DNA from: Rotaria socialis | Taxonomy: Eukaryota | Assembly (NCBI GenBank): GCA_905331295.1 | Contig: CAJNYD010000015.1 | Location: forward strand, 248,001-312,000 | Direction: 5' to 3' | Length of the DNA: 64,000 nucleotides | Part shown: positions 26,493 through 38,519 of the stretch, in pieces | Numbering within the stretch: position 1 is the stretch's first letter | Layout: each line of letters begins with the position of its first letter | Notes under the pieces: model-generated | Told to the model about the DNA's origin: nothing | Database searches by the model: none | The model's input: only the letters and a program-made list of their open reading frames with translations | Made by a program: the position numbers and the translations under genes

Positions 26493-29053
26493 TTATTTAT
26501 TGGGTATATCCCATTGAAAACCCAAATGTTTCTTTGTTTCTTCCAATGACTTTTTATCTTGACTACCAGGTTTTTTCTCACCGTTTTCATTTGTTTGACT
26601 TTCTGCTTTGTTAATACCTTGATTTAATTGATCGAAACGTTGAACTTCGTCAGCAACAGCCTAAGGTTGATTGTTAAGAAATTTAAAAATGATGTAAAAT
26701 TTTACAACATACTCGTCTCATCGGATAGGTATTACGGCCATTTTCGTCCATATATGCAATGACACGTCCTGTATAATCTTGATATTGTTGTTTTTCGACT
26801 TCATTCATATGTTTATCAAGAAGGACTTCTTCTAGTTCACTTGCTTTCATGTCACGTTGACGATCTTTACGTTCTTGCTGAAAAAATAAAAGAATATAAC
26901 TGTCAGAATTGCTTTTCAGAAAAATAATTTCAACCATTCTTTAAATACAGACTGTTACGTGGACACTAAATAATTTATCATTCGGAGTATATTCTGCAAA
27001 GATATAGATGGCTTACGTATTTGAAAAAGTCTTCACGGGAATTTTTATAGTTGATTTCCGCAGTCAAACTCTTTCACATAGGACAAAAGGATGAACTCAT
27101 TGGACATGTATCCGGTTTTAATACAATTTCGCTAAATTTTTATAACAGAAACGTTCGGACAAAATTATTATTCAAATGAAAAACAGATTCTCTAAAAAGT
27201 TAAACTTTTCCGAATTTGAAAAAAATCATAACCTACAGCTTGTTTCAAATGATATTGCGAAGTAACTAGAGCATCTTCATGACGTTGTTTGTCTTTTTCT
27301 TGTTGATATAAAAGGAATAATCGATCGGCTTCAGCTTTTTTCCTACGTATTTCAACATCTTCACGTTCTTCCATTTCACGCTCAACTTCACGACGTTTCG
27401 TCTAATAAGAAAATGCGATGGAATTATTTACTTGACATACGAAAAAAAAAATGTTCCTACTGTTTCAAATCGATGTTTCCTAATTGATTCTTGCATTTTC
27501 TGTTGCTTTTCAAATTTCTCTTGTTTTTCACGTAATTCTTTCGCTTCTCTTTGTGCTTGAGCACGGAATATTTGTGCATCATTATCCGATTCAGCTCGTT
27601 TTTGCAATGAACCTAAATAGCCGATCATGTGATCACGTGCTTCTTGCTTCTCTCTACATAACAGAAAAACAAAATTATTTTATCAAAACAATCAAACGAA
27701 TTACTGATGAGCTTGAACTTCTTTTTCACGTCTTAAACGAGCCATTTTTTTCTTGGCTTCAGCATAAACACGAAGTTCATCATCTTCTTCCTAAGGAAAT
27801 GAGAAATTTTGTTGAAATTAAAGAAAAGTTCATTGCTATTTATTTACTTCATCCAATGCTTCTTCCATTTGTTTAACTGTTCGTTTATCTTCAAGTGCTT
27901 TATCGTACATACTTTTAACATCTTTTTGTGTTAACTTTTTAAAACGATCTAATTCGAATTGTTCCAATGAATATTGTTCAGCTAAACGTCGATATTCATC
28001 GCCTTCTTTTAGATCTTGTTGTTTTTCTTGAACAAATTGTGATTTACGTTGGTCCATTCTTTAGGTAGAAATAAAAAAAAGTTTCATTTTTATAAAGCAC
28101 TGAACATTTTTCAAAGATAAACTCACTGTGCACGATGATATTTAGCTAAATTTTCTTGATCTCTAGAAAAAAAGCGAAACACATGATTGTTTTTTATTCG
28201 ATCAAAATAAAAAGAATCTACTTCAGTTTTCTCTCCATTTTCTCTTGTTCAGCTTTGTAGAATTCATTTTGAGCTTCTTGATAACGTTGATGCTCTTCAT
28301 TTTCATCTGTTTCACGCATTTTTTCAATACGCTTTTTCATTTCAAGTTGTAAATCACGTTCTTTAAGAACTTCAGTAAATAACAGTGCACTCTAAGAAAA
28401 GTAGAAAATTCCAATTAATGAAATAGAATTTGAAAAACCAACGCTTACATGAAAGGTTCGAACACGATCAGTTTGATAATATTGCAATTGTTTAGCTTTT
28501 TCAATGTGTTCACGACGGCGTTCAGCAGCTAATTTTTCTTCTTCAAGATCGACTACTTTTCGTTTATCTTCATCTTCTTGATCACGAATTTTTTTCATTT
28601 CAATTTTACGTTCTCGAGCTCCCTTGAAAAGAAAATTTAATCTACAGTTAAACTCAATTAAACCTTTTGTTTTCATTACAATAATTGTATTTGGCCATTG
28701 TTTTGTGATTTGTGCTGAACGATCTGCCATTTCTTTTTTTCGTTCAATTTCTTGTCGGACAGCATCTTTATCACGTTGACGACGATCTAAGTTATCATAG
28801 ATTCGATTTAGGTCTGTTTTTGTTATGATACACATCCGACGAAGATCGGCAGCATCAGGTAAATGATGCTGTTCTAAACGATTATCTGGTGGGCATGAAG
28901 CTATTAGTAGATAGAGAATGATAAAAAAACACTAATTAGATATAATGAGTTTAATTACAAACCAGATAGACTATGGAGTGGTCTTCGTTTTGATGCTAAT
29001 GGATTATTTCCAGGTGGTTTTGTTGAAGGTACAGGTAAAGTTTTAATCACCAT
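26493..29053 (-). CDS. CFAP210: Cilia- and flagella-associated protein 210 (CCDC173), trichoplein-type coiled coil
   Basis: DLRRMCII...QWPNT...AKQLQYYQTDRVRTFHSALLFTEVLKERD and C-terminal TKKHLGFQW match CCDC173 as recalled; multi-exon E/K/R/Q-rich coiled coil. Confidence 0.85.
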
Positions 29054-29119
29054 AGCTGAAAACTATCTCAAGATGAATAGAATAATGTTTTTTGGCTAAA
29101 AGTATTGCCAATGAAAAAC

Positions 29120-29168
29120 GTAAACAATCGCCATTTTTCGTTTTTGATTTATTAAATTGCTAAGCAAC
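29120..29168 (-). promoter_or_regulatory. RFX X-box plus forkhead motif upstream of CFAP210
   Basis: GTTGCTTAGCAAT (minus strand, 29168-29156) and GTAAACA (plus strand, 29120-29126), within about 115 nt of the ATG. Confidence 0.6.
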
Positions 29169-31828
29169 GTTGAATACGTTTTGAAGAAAGTTTTTCATTA
29201 TGATTTAATTCAAGAAATATTAATTCTATACTATCGAAGATACAAAGACAACATAGTATAGTATTTTATCTTTTTTTAATTCGATAGTTTTGACTTTCAG
29301 CATCTGGCGTCCTCTTCACAATTAGCAGATTGAGTTCTAGCAGAACGTTTATATCAGAATACTATCTTAATTTAATAAAATGAAAGAAATAATGACGACT
29401 GATTGCCGCTTATTTTTCTATTTGTTGTTGTTGTTGTTGTATTGAACTGTCAAAAAATGATTTATTATAAAGTAAGGATATTTGAATGTTTTGAAATAGA
29501 AAACAACTTTCTATGAATTGCTCAAAATTCGATAGTTTTCGCATATTAAATTGAAATGCACTCAAACTGATTTCTTGTTTATCACTTTTTATTTTCTGTT
29601 TTGTTTATTCATAATGCATTCAGCAGAACACATTTTCTTGACAAGTATAATAAACAATCTGTCAAAAATAATACATCAATCGACCTTCGTATTATTATAT
29701 TGATTATAAAAAAAACTTTCTGTTTTTAATGAAAACAAACATGTTTTTGCAGCAACAAAAGCATTTTCAATGATGATACGTTTCTGTTTTTTCTTTCGTA
29801 TTTACACAAAGATAATTGAATAAAAATAAAATTCGTAGCCCTGCTATGATAAGTATATTTAAGAAGATTTCCTCTCAAGACTGATCTTTAGTTCTTAAGT
29901 TGACGACAAAGTGAGCAAATGTCCTCTTCAGTATTTCACATTGTGAAGGACAAACCAAATAGATAATTTCTGCGAACTCTATCAACACAAAAGAAGTTCA
30001 CATATTCTAGAAATGTACCCACGATAATTTTCCGTTCTACAGCAGCATTTCCTGTCAACACACAGAAATCCTAGGAGAGCGTTGACTCTCGTAGAATAAT
30101 GATATAGACATCCTTTGTAGTCACTGCTATTTATATACTTTATGGTGAGAACTTATTTTTTAACAAACTATAGTTTTTTGTTCTAATTTATCGAACGCAT
30201 GCTTCGAAGAATCAAAGATAATCAACAAACTTTCTTCAACCGATTTGATTTTATGATGCAGTCGCTTAAAATAGAAAATATAATTCTTTTTCCTAATCAT
30301 TCTCATTTGGATACTTCTTGGAACTATATATATATATATATATATAAGTAGTTGAAACATACGACAACATAGTCGACGCATTCTCTTTCTCTCAACATTT
30401 TGTTGTTAAGGTTTCATGAGAATTAATCCTTCGGTGTTTTTCTTGTTTTAGCACATCATGGCTATTTTGAAACCAGCCAAGAGCCATTTTCAGAAGATTA
30501 CAAAGAAAATTAATACTTATCAGTCACTGACACGGCGATAACGTGCATGATGGCACATAAGTCATATATATATATACAATCATCTTATGGGTAAGAATGC
30601 GAGAATTTTTAAATTTTTTATATCTTTATTTAATAAATTTAAGAGAGAACAATTAATACAACTTCAATTTTGAACCGACAGATAACAATAGAAGCATGAT
30701 TTCAATCAAAATAGAATCACAAAGTGCAATCTATAGAGAAAAAATATGAACTATTACGAGGTAGGAACTTTAGATATGCAAATGAATTGTTTAAGATGAA
30801 TAATTTGAGGAATACTTAACGCAAATTTACTTGAGAGAAAAGTGATGACTGTAAGGTTGTCGTTGCTGTCAGCTTTATAGCACGTCAAAGTTTAATTTTC
30901 TTCTTTTTAAAAGTTAATTTTCAAGATTTATAATACAGATATATTATTCGTCAATAAAATATCACTCGTAAGAAAAAAAGAATGATACAAAACATTAGAT
31001 CTTATCTTAATAGTACACAAAAAACTCCTAAGATCTTTTTGGACCCCACAACAATACTAAAGTGTTACCGAATTTTAATCATCACATATTATCTTTAGAA
31101 TATACGAGAGACTATTAAATTCTACAAGAAGAACTCTGTATACTTTTACTTAACACCAGAAGAAATTTTATGACAACGAACAGAGACTTTTATCTAAAAT
31201 ATTACCCTTTTAGCGTGTCTTTGAAGAAACTATTTAAAGCATCAAAATTTTATATGCTAAGAAATCGGATTTGTATCCATCATAATTCAGTCAGACAAAA
31301 TATGTTAGCTTTAAATGATACATTAGTATGGTTAGCAATTTGACACATATTTTATCTTTATATGTGGCGTCCTCTTCCTTATAAGCTTTTATTGTGATTG
31401 ATTCTTTGTGCACAACATACATGATTTTGTTGCTGTTCATATTACCACAAGAGAATTATTCGGCTGAGATTAGCTACATAAAATTCGTAAACACACGAGC
31501 GCTATCAACAACATAAATTATATTGATACTGCTGCCAGTGTATGTAGAAATTGTATGTAGCTTATCTCGACCGAATTATTCTGATAGTTTCCTTCGTCGG
31601 TTGATTGACACTGTAGATGCTTATCGAAAGTAAACAGATGACACTAGTAGTACTAAAATTCTAATCATTGGCTCTTATTAACCATAATAAACTGATGTTG
31701 TTTTTTCTTTTCTTAGCTGAACTGGGTTTCATTCATTATTGTTTGTTTCAGAGTTTTTAATGAAATTTCGAAATTTTTGTTAATCATTTCTTTTTAGAAC
31801 CTTTGTTTCATAGAACAAGACTTCATCG

Positions 31829-34800
31829 ATGACTTCGCCCACTGAGCAGCCCATCAAACCAGAGCCACCATCAACTAGTTCATCAACTTCGGAAGAGTCT
31901 ACAATATACACGCCGATGAAACAAGAATTTACTGTTACACAAAAACAAGAAGATGAAACATTTGAACAATTTTATTCGGAAGTAAACAGGTTTCTTTTCG
32001 TATTCCGATGAATTAATGAAATATTTTCTCTTTATATAGGTTAAAGCGATTGAAAAACGTGATTCTGTTTTAACACCTGAACAACAAATTAATCGACTTC
32101 TTCGTCCCGGTGCTACATATTTTAATCTCAATCCGTTCGAGGTATAGAATTTTAACTTTTCCTGTGTTTTTTTTCTTCTATTCGAATTATTTTATTATTA
32201 GGTACTGCAAATCGATCCAACAACACCGATTGAAGATATTGCCAAACAGTACCGACGTGTAAGCATACAGTATTTCTAATATTTATCTTATTAATGAATG
32301 TCGACATTTATTTTCTAGTTATCAATGCTTGTGCATCCGGATAAAAATCCCACAATGACTGGCCCAGCCGCAGTAGCTTTCGAAGGTATGTATGCTTTGT
32401 TTGAATAACATTGAAATTCTCCACTATTCTTTATACAGGAACTTTTTGAAAATGTCATTCGAGGTATGAGATTGTATTTTTAATGAGTAGACATGTATTA
32501 AATTTTTTTGCTACGTACACAGACATTTTCGAAATTTTTCTTCTCTTCCATCTCAGGAATTTCAAAAAGTTCAAAAATAGATTTCTTAGAAGTTTTTTTT
32601 TGTTAATCTAATTAACTTTTCATTATTCGCATCATTCATAGATTTTACTTCTATGAAAATGAAGACAATTGGATGCTCGTTACAACGGGTATCTACTCTA
32701 GAAAAATTTCACGATGATCTCTCCTCTAAATTAGTCTATCTTTAGCTATGAAATGAAAGCAACGCTTTATTACGCAAAAAGCCGTGATGGAGAAAAAACA
32801 ATGACATCCCTGATATAAACTATCTTGAAATTTTCCTTCATAGAAGAAACGCCTTGTATAATTTAATATCTTCGTTAACCATTTTTGTCTGCCAGAAAAA
32901 AAAACGATGCCGGAGGCTTCTCGTAAATGTTATATGAAGTTACAAGTAAATCTTGGCGCCTTTTCTATTCAAAATAAGCCTTCTATATATTTATCGTTTT
33001 GCTATTTTAAACTAATAAATGTATAGAAAAATAATAGGCCATGATGTAAAGGATAGATTATGCACGTAGTAGCCACTTAAAACCATCCTTATGTTTCTTC
33101 TAATCAGAGTTTACTCAGTATAGAGTTTCAACAAGAACCAAGAGTTAACAAAATAATCGTATTGCCATAAATATTTACATTCGCTTTTTTCCCCTACGAA
33201 TAAGTTATTGATACATCGACTACTGAATAGTGTAAATTCTCCGTATGTCGCTAAATTTGCCACTGAAAATGTCGTTGAATGACTACTACTCATCTTAGAA
33301 TATTCTTTTAGTGAAGTTTCATCATAAATGATTGCAGTACTGTCGAATAATAAAACGACAATTGTGCGTAATGTATACAAAGATCCACTAGGTCTCTAAT
33401 TATGTCTACTTATTAATTTTGCAATATTTCAGAAACAAAGGAAAACCATAGCAGGAGTTCTGGTTGATTCTGAAAGCTAAATGAAAGAATTGCAAGATAC
33501 TCTTCTTTAGTTGTCATTTTCTCAACGGATCTCTTGAACTTTAAACTTATATTCAACAGATTTCTATTATATCTAAATAAATGTCAAATACGTCTAGTCA
33601 ATCAAATTTACTTCTAATGAAATTGGAAGGAGATTATTTTGTTGCTCATTCTTTCAGTTTTCAAACTGAATTATTAGCCAACTGTTCATTTTGTCTCGTC
33701 ATGAAATCGTTGACAAAAAATAGTGAACTGTTTATCTAAGATACAATATAAAAGCGATAGACATTTGACTTAGTTTTGACGGGAAGTCTTTTCCGTGTGG
33801 AAAACACCTATTGTTTGATAGATTTTTCTTATAGCAGTGAATACCGAAGTTTTGTAGTTAACATGAATCCACATTCTCTAGAAATGACGTTATTTTGTTA
33901 GTAACAAATTGTTACTAAAAAGTTCCTGATGAAGTTTTTATTTCGCGTGAATCATCTACGCTTTTGTTTGTGTATGACTAAATATATTGATTTATTTCAT
34001 TGAAATGATAAACTTTCATTTAGTCGTTCATGGGAAAGAAGAATTCTATTTCTTTATTGATTTTAATTTATATCGTTATCTTTTGATTTGTTCATTTAGC
34101 AATAAACAAAGCATATAAAATGCTTGAAGATGAAAAAGAACGTAAAAAATGCCTTGAAGTTGTTGAAGAAGCTCGTGAGCGTGTCGAGAAAATGGTAAGT
34201 GTCATTTTGATTATTTTGCATTCTTTTCGTTTCCCTTATTTTCTCTAAAATTCTATGAATCATTTAAAGTAAAACAGAAGAAATATTTCTACTTTCATAA
34301 AAATTGGGAAGACTTAGCAATGAGATCGCTCGAGCGATAGGTCCTCTTTTACCCTCCTTCTAGTGCACATTGTACGACGAAATGTTTCGTTCAATCATTC
34401 AGTCGATTTGGTGAGTTGAAAATTTATTTATTTATTTATTTTCATATAAATTTGATTATTTATATTTTATCATAGTTTTTTCGATTTAAATTTTTTTTTA
34501 TGTCAATATATATTTAGATTCAAGAAAAACGACTCAAATATAAAAATCAACCCATCGAAGAAGATGTCGCTGACGGAGTAAATGATTTCTTTTCTTTCAA
34601 AATTTCTCTTGATCATAAATTCTTTAACTATTTTTAAGTATAAGAAATCTCTTTGGTCAGTTACGTGTAAATTATTTGCTGATATTGAACGATTACGTGT
34701 TAAAGAAGAGGCTAACAAAGCTGAAGAAAGAAAACGTAAAGCAGAAGAAACGACCGACCGCGAAGAACGATCGAAATTACGAAAAGAATGGGATAAAAAT

Positions 34801-34984
34801 TATGAAGTAAGCAATTATTGAAACAAGATTTTTGATAAAAAACTTCGTCTTTTAGGAAAGTCGCGAAACAAGAGTTAATAGTTGGAAATCATTTCAAACA
34901 GTTGCTAAAACAAAAGATACAGTCAAAAAAGGCAAACCGCCAACGCTATTCAAACCACCGAAATATAAACCGGAAGCTCGATGA
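31829..34984 (+). CDS. DNAJC8: DnaJ homolog subfamily C member 8 (Spf31)
   Basis: FYSEVKAIEKRDSVLTPEQQINRLLRPGATYFNLNPFEVLQ, HPDKN J-domain motif, TCKLFAD, ESRETRVNSW, FKPPKYKPEAR*. Confidence 0.95.
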
Positions 34985-36061
34985 TAGAATATTCGTATTG
35001 ACTTGTTTGTAAATAAAGCTATATCTTGAGAAGACAACGCTTGTTTATGCTCTGTCACGTTTATTTTTTTTTGTTCAAAATGATTAAACAATGAAAAAAT
35101 TAACTATTTGTATCTCTTAGATGAATGTGAAAACTTAAGTTTACAAGCATTTAATGAGATGTTAACTTGATGGAATTTAAGTGTCTTTTTTTCAGATATA
35201 AATCTAGTCCGGTGCATCAAGTCAGAGTATGAGTTATTCTCATCTTGAAACAAAAATCAGATATGGTAAGTACATCTTAAATGTTTCTCTTGATCGTCAG
35301 AAATCTTGATACAATTATGTGTAGTAGTTATAGTAATGTAGTGGAGACCGTAGTAATAAAAGTGAAGGACATAAGAGTTTTTTATTATTATTATGACCAA
35401 ATATGTGAGTTGTTGCGGTTTCGTCTATTTGAGTAACCTGTTTTCTTTTACGTTTAAACATTTGTCACCATCTTATCAGACTGGAAAAAGTAATGTACAT
35501 GTCTGTATTAGATTTTGTCGGTTCGAATAATAAAAATGAATTTTTGTTCCTTTTTTGTTGTCATATTCCAGGTTTATGAAATTTGCAATGTTGATTTTTT
35601 ATTAGTATTTCTTTTTAAGGCATAAAATTCTTTCTTCTATTTTACACATTGCTGCGTCTAGGACAAATAAAAATTTTGATTCATCATTAGTTTCTTATTT
35701 AAACTCTTTCATTTTTTTCTTTTTCAACAAAAAAGACACGTATTATCATTGTCAATATCATAAATAAATTGATCATTTTACGTCATCGAAATTCGATCGA
35801 AGGTGTATTTAAATATATGCTTTACTTTACAAAATAAACCTTGGCATAGAAAAAATAGCAATAGATGACAAATATTGGTTAATTGTTGAAAATGAATGAG
35901 TACCTGTAATTCTATAGGGGCAGAATCTATTGGATAGAAACTGGTCTTTATTTTTTTACTAATACTTTTTGTATTATTGTCGATGCAAGATCAATGCTTT
36001 CGATGTATTTGTCAAGGCAAATATAGATATATTGTATCAATATATTAAATAGTTTGATTTC

Positions 36062-36216
36062 GACGGTGCAAGGGAAAGAGCGCCTGACATAGTTTAGGCT
36101 GCATTGCTCTTTAGTAACCGTCTGCATAACAACATTGAGTGGAAGTAAGTAAATGTGCATGAAATTGTTTACGTTCTATATCCGTTGTCAGGCAAAGAAT
36201 TGTTTCAATAACATCT
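36062..36216 (+). ncRNA. Candidate structured RNA, H/ACA snoRNA-like
   Basis: GC-enriched three-stem hairpin 36062-36122, ANANNA (ATAACA) at 36126-36131, weaker second hairpin, ACA at 36211-36213. Confidence 0.35.
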
Positions 36217-36419
36217 AGCGTAAGCATTTTCAATCGTCATTTCTTCCTTTCTTTTGCGTTCAGGATTTATTAATTTATTGTTTTGGTTACATTGAGATTC
36301 TTGTCGCACTCAAATTTCATCTATATATATATATATATGTGCATTTTTTCCTTTCTTTTATTGCTAGAAAAAGTAACAAATAACTTTGTTCTCTGTGATT
36401 TCTATTGAATGAATTAACA

Positions 36420-37883
36420 ATGATATTCTCGTCATCAAATCGTCGTCATTTAATTCATGTTTGCTGTTTTACTATATTTATATTTCTGTTTGAAGCTCTT
36501 GCCGGTGGCATAAATGTATTTCCCATAAATAAAGTATCTTCAAATTTAATTGTATTAATATCAAATCCAGTCGAATATTATGGTCTATTATTAACAATTA
36601 TTATTTATTTTATACGTTTATTATCTCTACTACCTTTGCCATTAGTTATATGTCACACATGTGGTCTACTTTTTTATAATATATTTCCCGATCGACCAGA
36701 ATTATTAAATTCACCATTGTTAGGTCCTAAAATTCGTATACGGGTTGTAACACGTGGTGATTATGCTGATTTAGTCAATGCAAATGTTAAGAGAAATTTG
36801 GAAACATGTGCTAAAGTTGGTTTAGATAATTTTCAAATCGAAATTGTAACTGATAAACAAATGGTTTTACACGGTTTACCGTTAAATATGGTGCGTCAAA
36901 TCGTTGTACCAAATGCATATCGAACAAAGTCAGGTGCTCTATATAAATCACGTGCGTTACAATATGCATTAGAGCCTGACGTTAATCAATTAGCGTCCAA
37001 TGATTATATCGTACATTTAGATGAAGAAACATTACTAACAGAGAATTCTGTTCGAGGAATATTAAATTTCGTTACTAGTAATGAATATGATATTGGACAA
37101 GGTCTTATAACGTACGCGAATGAAACAATTGTTAATCATATAACAACGTTAGCTGATAGTATGCGTGTTGGCGTTGACCTTGGATGTTTAAGATTTTGTC
37201 TGAAAAAATTACATCGACCACCATTTTTATTCAAAGGATCATTTGTTGTTTGTCGGGCTGGTTGTGAATTTGATGTTGCATTTGATAATGGACGAGCTGG
37301 TTCGATTGCTGAAGACACTTATTTTGCTATGTTAGCAATGTCAAAAAATAAAAAGTTCGGATGGATTGAAGGTAAATTCATGATGAAAAAAAGTTCGTTT
37401 CTATGTCTCTGTTTTCTTTTTTTAGGCGAAATGTGGGAAAAAAGTCCATTTACATTAGGAGATTTTATTAAACAACGTAAACGATGGCTACAAGGCATTT
37501 TACTTGTCGTTCATGATCATCGATTACCACTTCGGGTACGACTTGGATTAGGTATTGCACTTTACTCATGGGTAACATTACCAATAACATCTTTAAACAT
37601 TGTTCTGGCACCACTTTGTCCTATACCATTACATTGGACATTAAATTTTCTTATAAATTATGTTGGCGCTGTCAACATTTATTTATATATAATTGGCGCA
37701 GTCCGTTCATTTTCATTAGTACGTTTGGGCTATGCACATTTTACATTACGCATCATTGGTACATTAGCAACAATTCCATTTGTTGTTATGTGCGAAATAG
37801 CAGCAGTTTTATGGGGACTTTTTAGTGATAAAGGAAAATTTTATGTTGTCGATAAACAGTTAAAATCACCAGTTAATGTTTAA
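36420..37883 (+). CDS. egh: Beta-1,4-mannosyltransferase egghead/BRE-3 (GT2)
   Basis: RVVTRGDY, GALYKSRALQY, VHLDEET, GSIAED, QRKRWLQG; one 54-nt in-frame intron at 37372-37425; first ATG at 36420. Confidence 0.95.
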   Translation: MIFSSSNRRHLIHVCCFTIFIFLFEALAGGINVFPINKVSSNLIVLISNPVEYYGLLLTIIIYFIRLLSLLPLPLVICHTCGLLFYNIFPDRPELLNSPLLGPKIRIRVVTRGDYADLVNANVKRNLETCAKVGLDNFQIEIVTDKQMVLHGLPLNMVRQIVVPNAYRTKSGALYKSRALQYALEPDVNQLASNDYIVHLDEETLLTENSVRGILNFVTSNEYDIGQGLITYANETIVNHITTLADSMRVGVDLGCLRFCLKKLHRPPFLFKGSFVVCRAGCEFDVAFDNGRAGSIAEDTYFAMLAMSKNKKFGWIEGKFMMKKSSFLCLCFLFLGEMWEKSPFTLGDFIKQRKRWLQGILLVVHDHRLPLRVRLGLGIALYSWVTLPITSLNIVLAPLCPIPLHWTLNFLINYVGAVNIYLYIIGAVRSFSLVRLGYAHFTLRIIGTLATIPFVVMCEIAAVLWGLFSDKGKFYVVDKQLKSPVNV

Positions 37884-38519
37884 TGATACTGGAGCATGGT
37901 TTTCTTCTTCGTCTCTTCTTGTTTCGTGTGTGTTAAAAGATAATCAAAGCATCTTTCTACAATCATTTTGTGTTTGTTGTGTTGTTCATGCTTTTGTTTC
38001 TAAACCTAAGCCTTTTTTTGTTGTCAGATGATAAAGATGCATGAGTTTATTTAATAGAATTCTATATATACTATATACAAATAACTAAAGACAAAAAGAA
38101 AGAATATTTCTTCTCCATATGAAATACTTCCTTTTTTTAAACTTATGATATATTTGATTTTTAGATTTGTTCACTTAATAACATTTTTTTTTGAAATGTT
38201 TTTAACTGATGTATCTTTTTTGAACACAACGATGGGCAGAGAATTTTATCGTTTGTTTATAGTAAAACAAGATTGTTTTTTTCAAAATCTTGTGATTGTT
38301 TATTATATAATAATAATAATAACAAAAATAATAATAAAAAACACATTTTTTTTTAAATTAAATTTATTATTTTTTGTAGTAGACCAGATAATCGATTTTT
38401 CTTCAGGTATTTTTATTTTTGTTGTTGTTCTGGCCTCGACTGGAGCAACTTCCATCGTAAAAGACGATCACTCATCGTCTTCAGCTGCTGCCGGAGGTGC
38501 TAAATCAAAATCAAGCTCG

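Noticed and set aside
29305..31377. 13-mer TGGCGTCCTCTTC occurring twice between CFAP210 and DNAJC8
   Set aside because: Two copies with unrelated flanks; cannot distinguish a motif from chance.
32439..32572. 13-bp inverted repeat in a DNAJC8 intron
   Set aside because: A/T-run dominated, no TSD and no inward extension.
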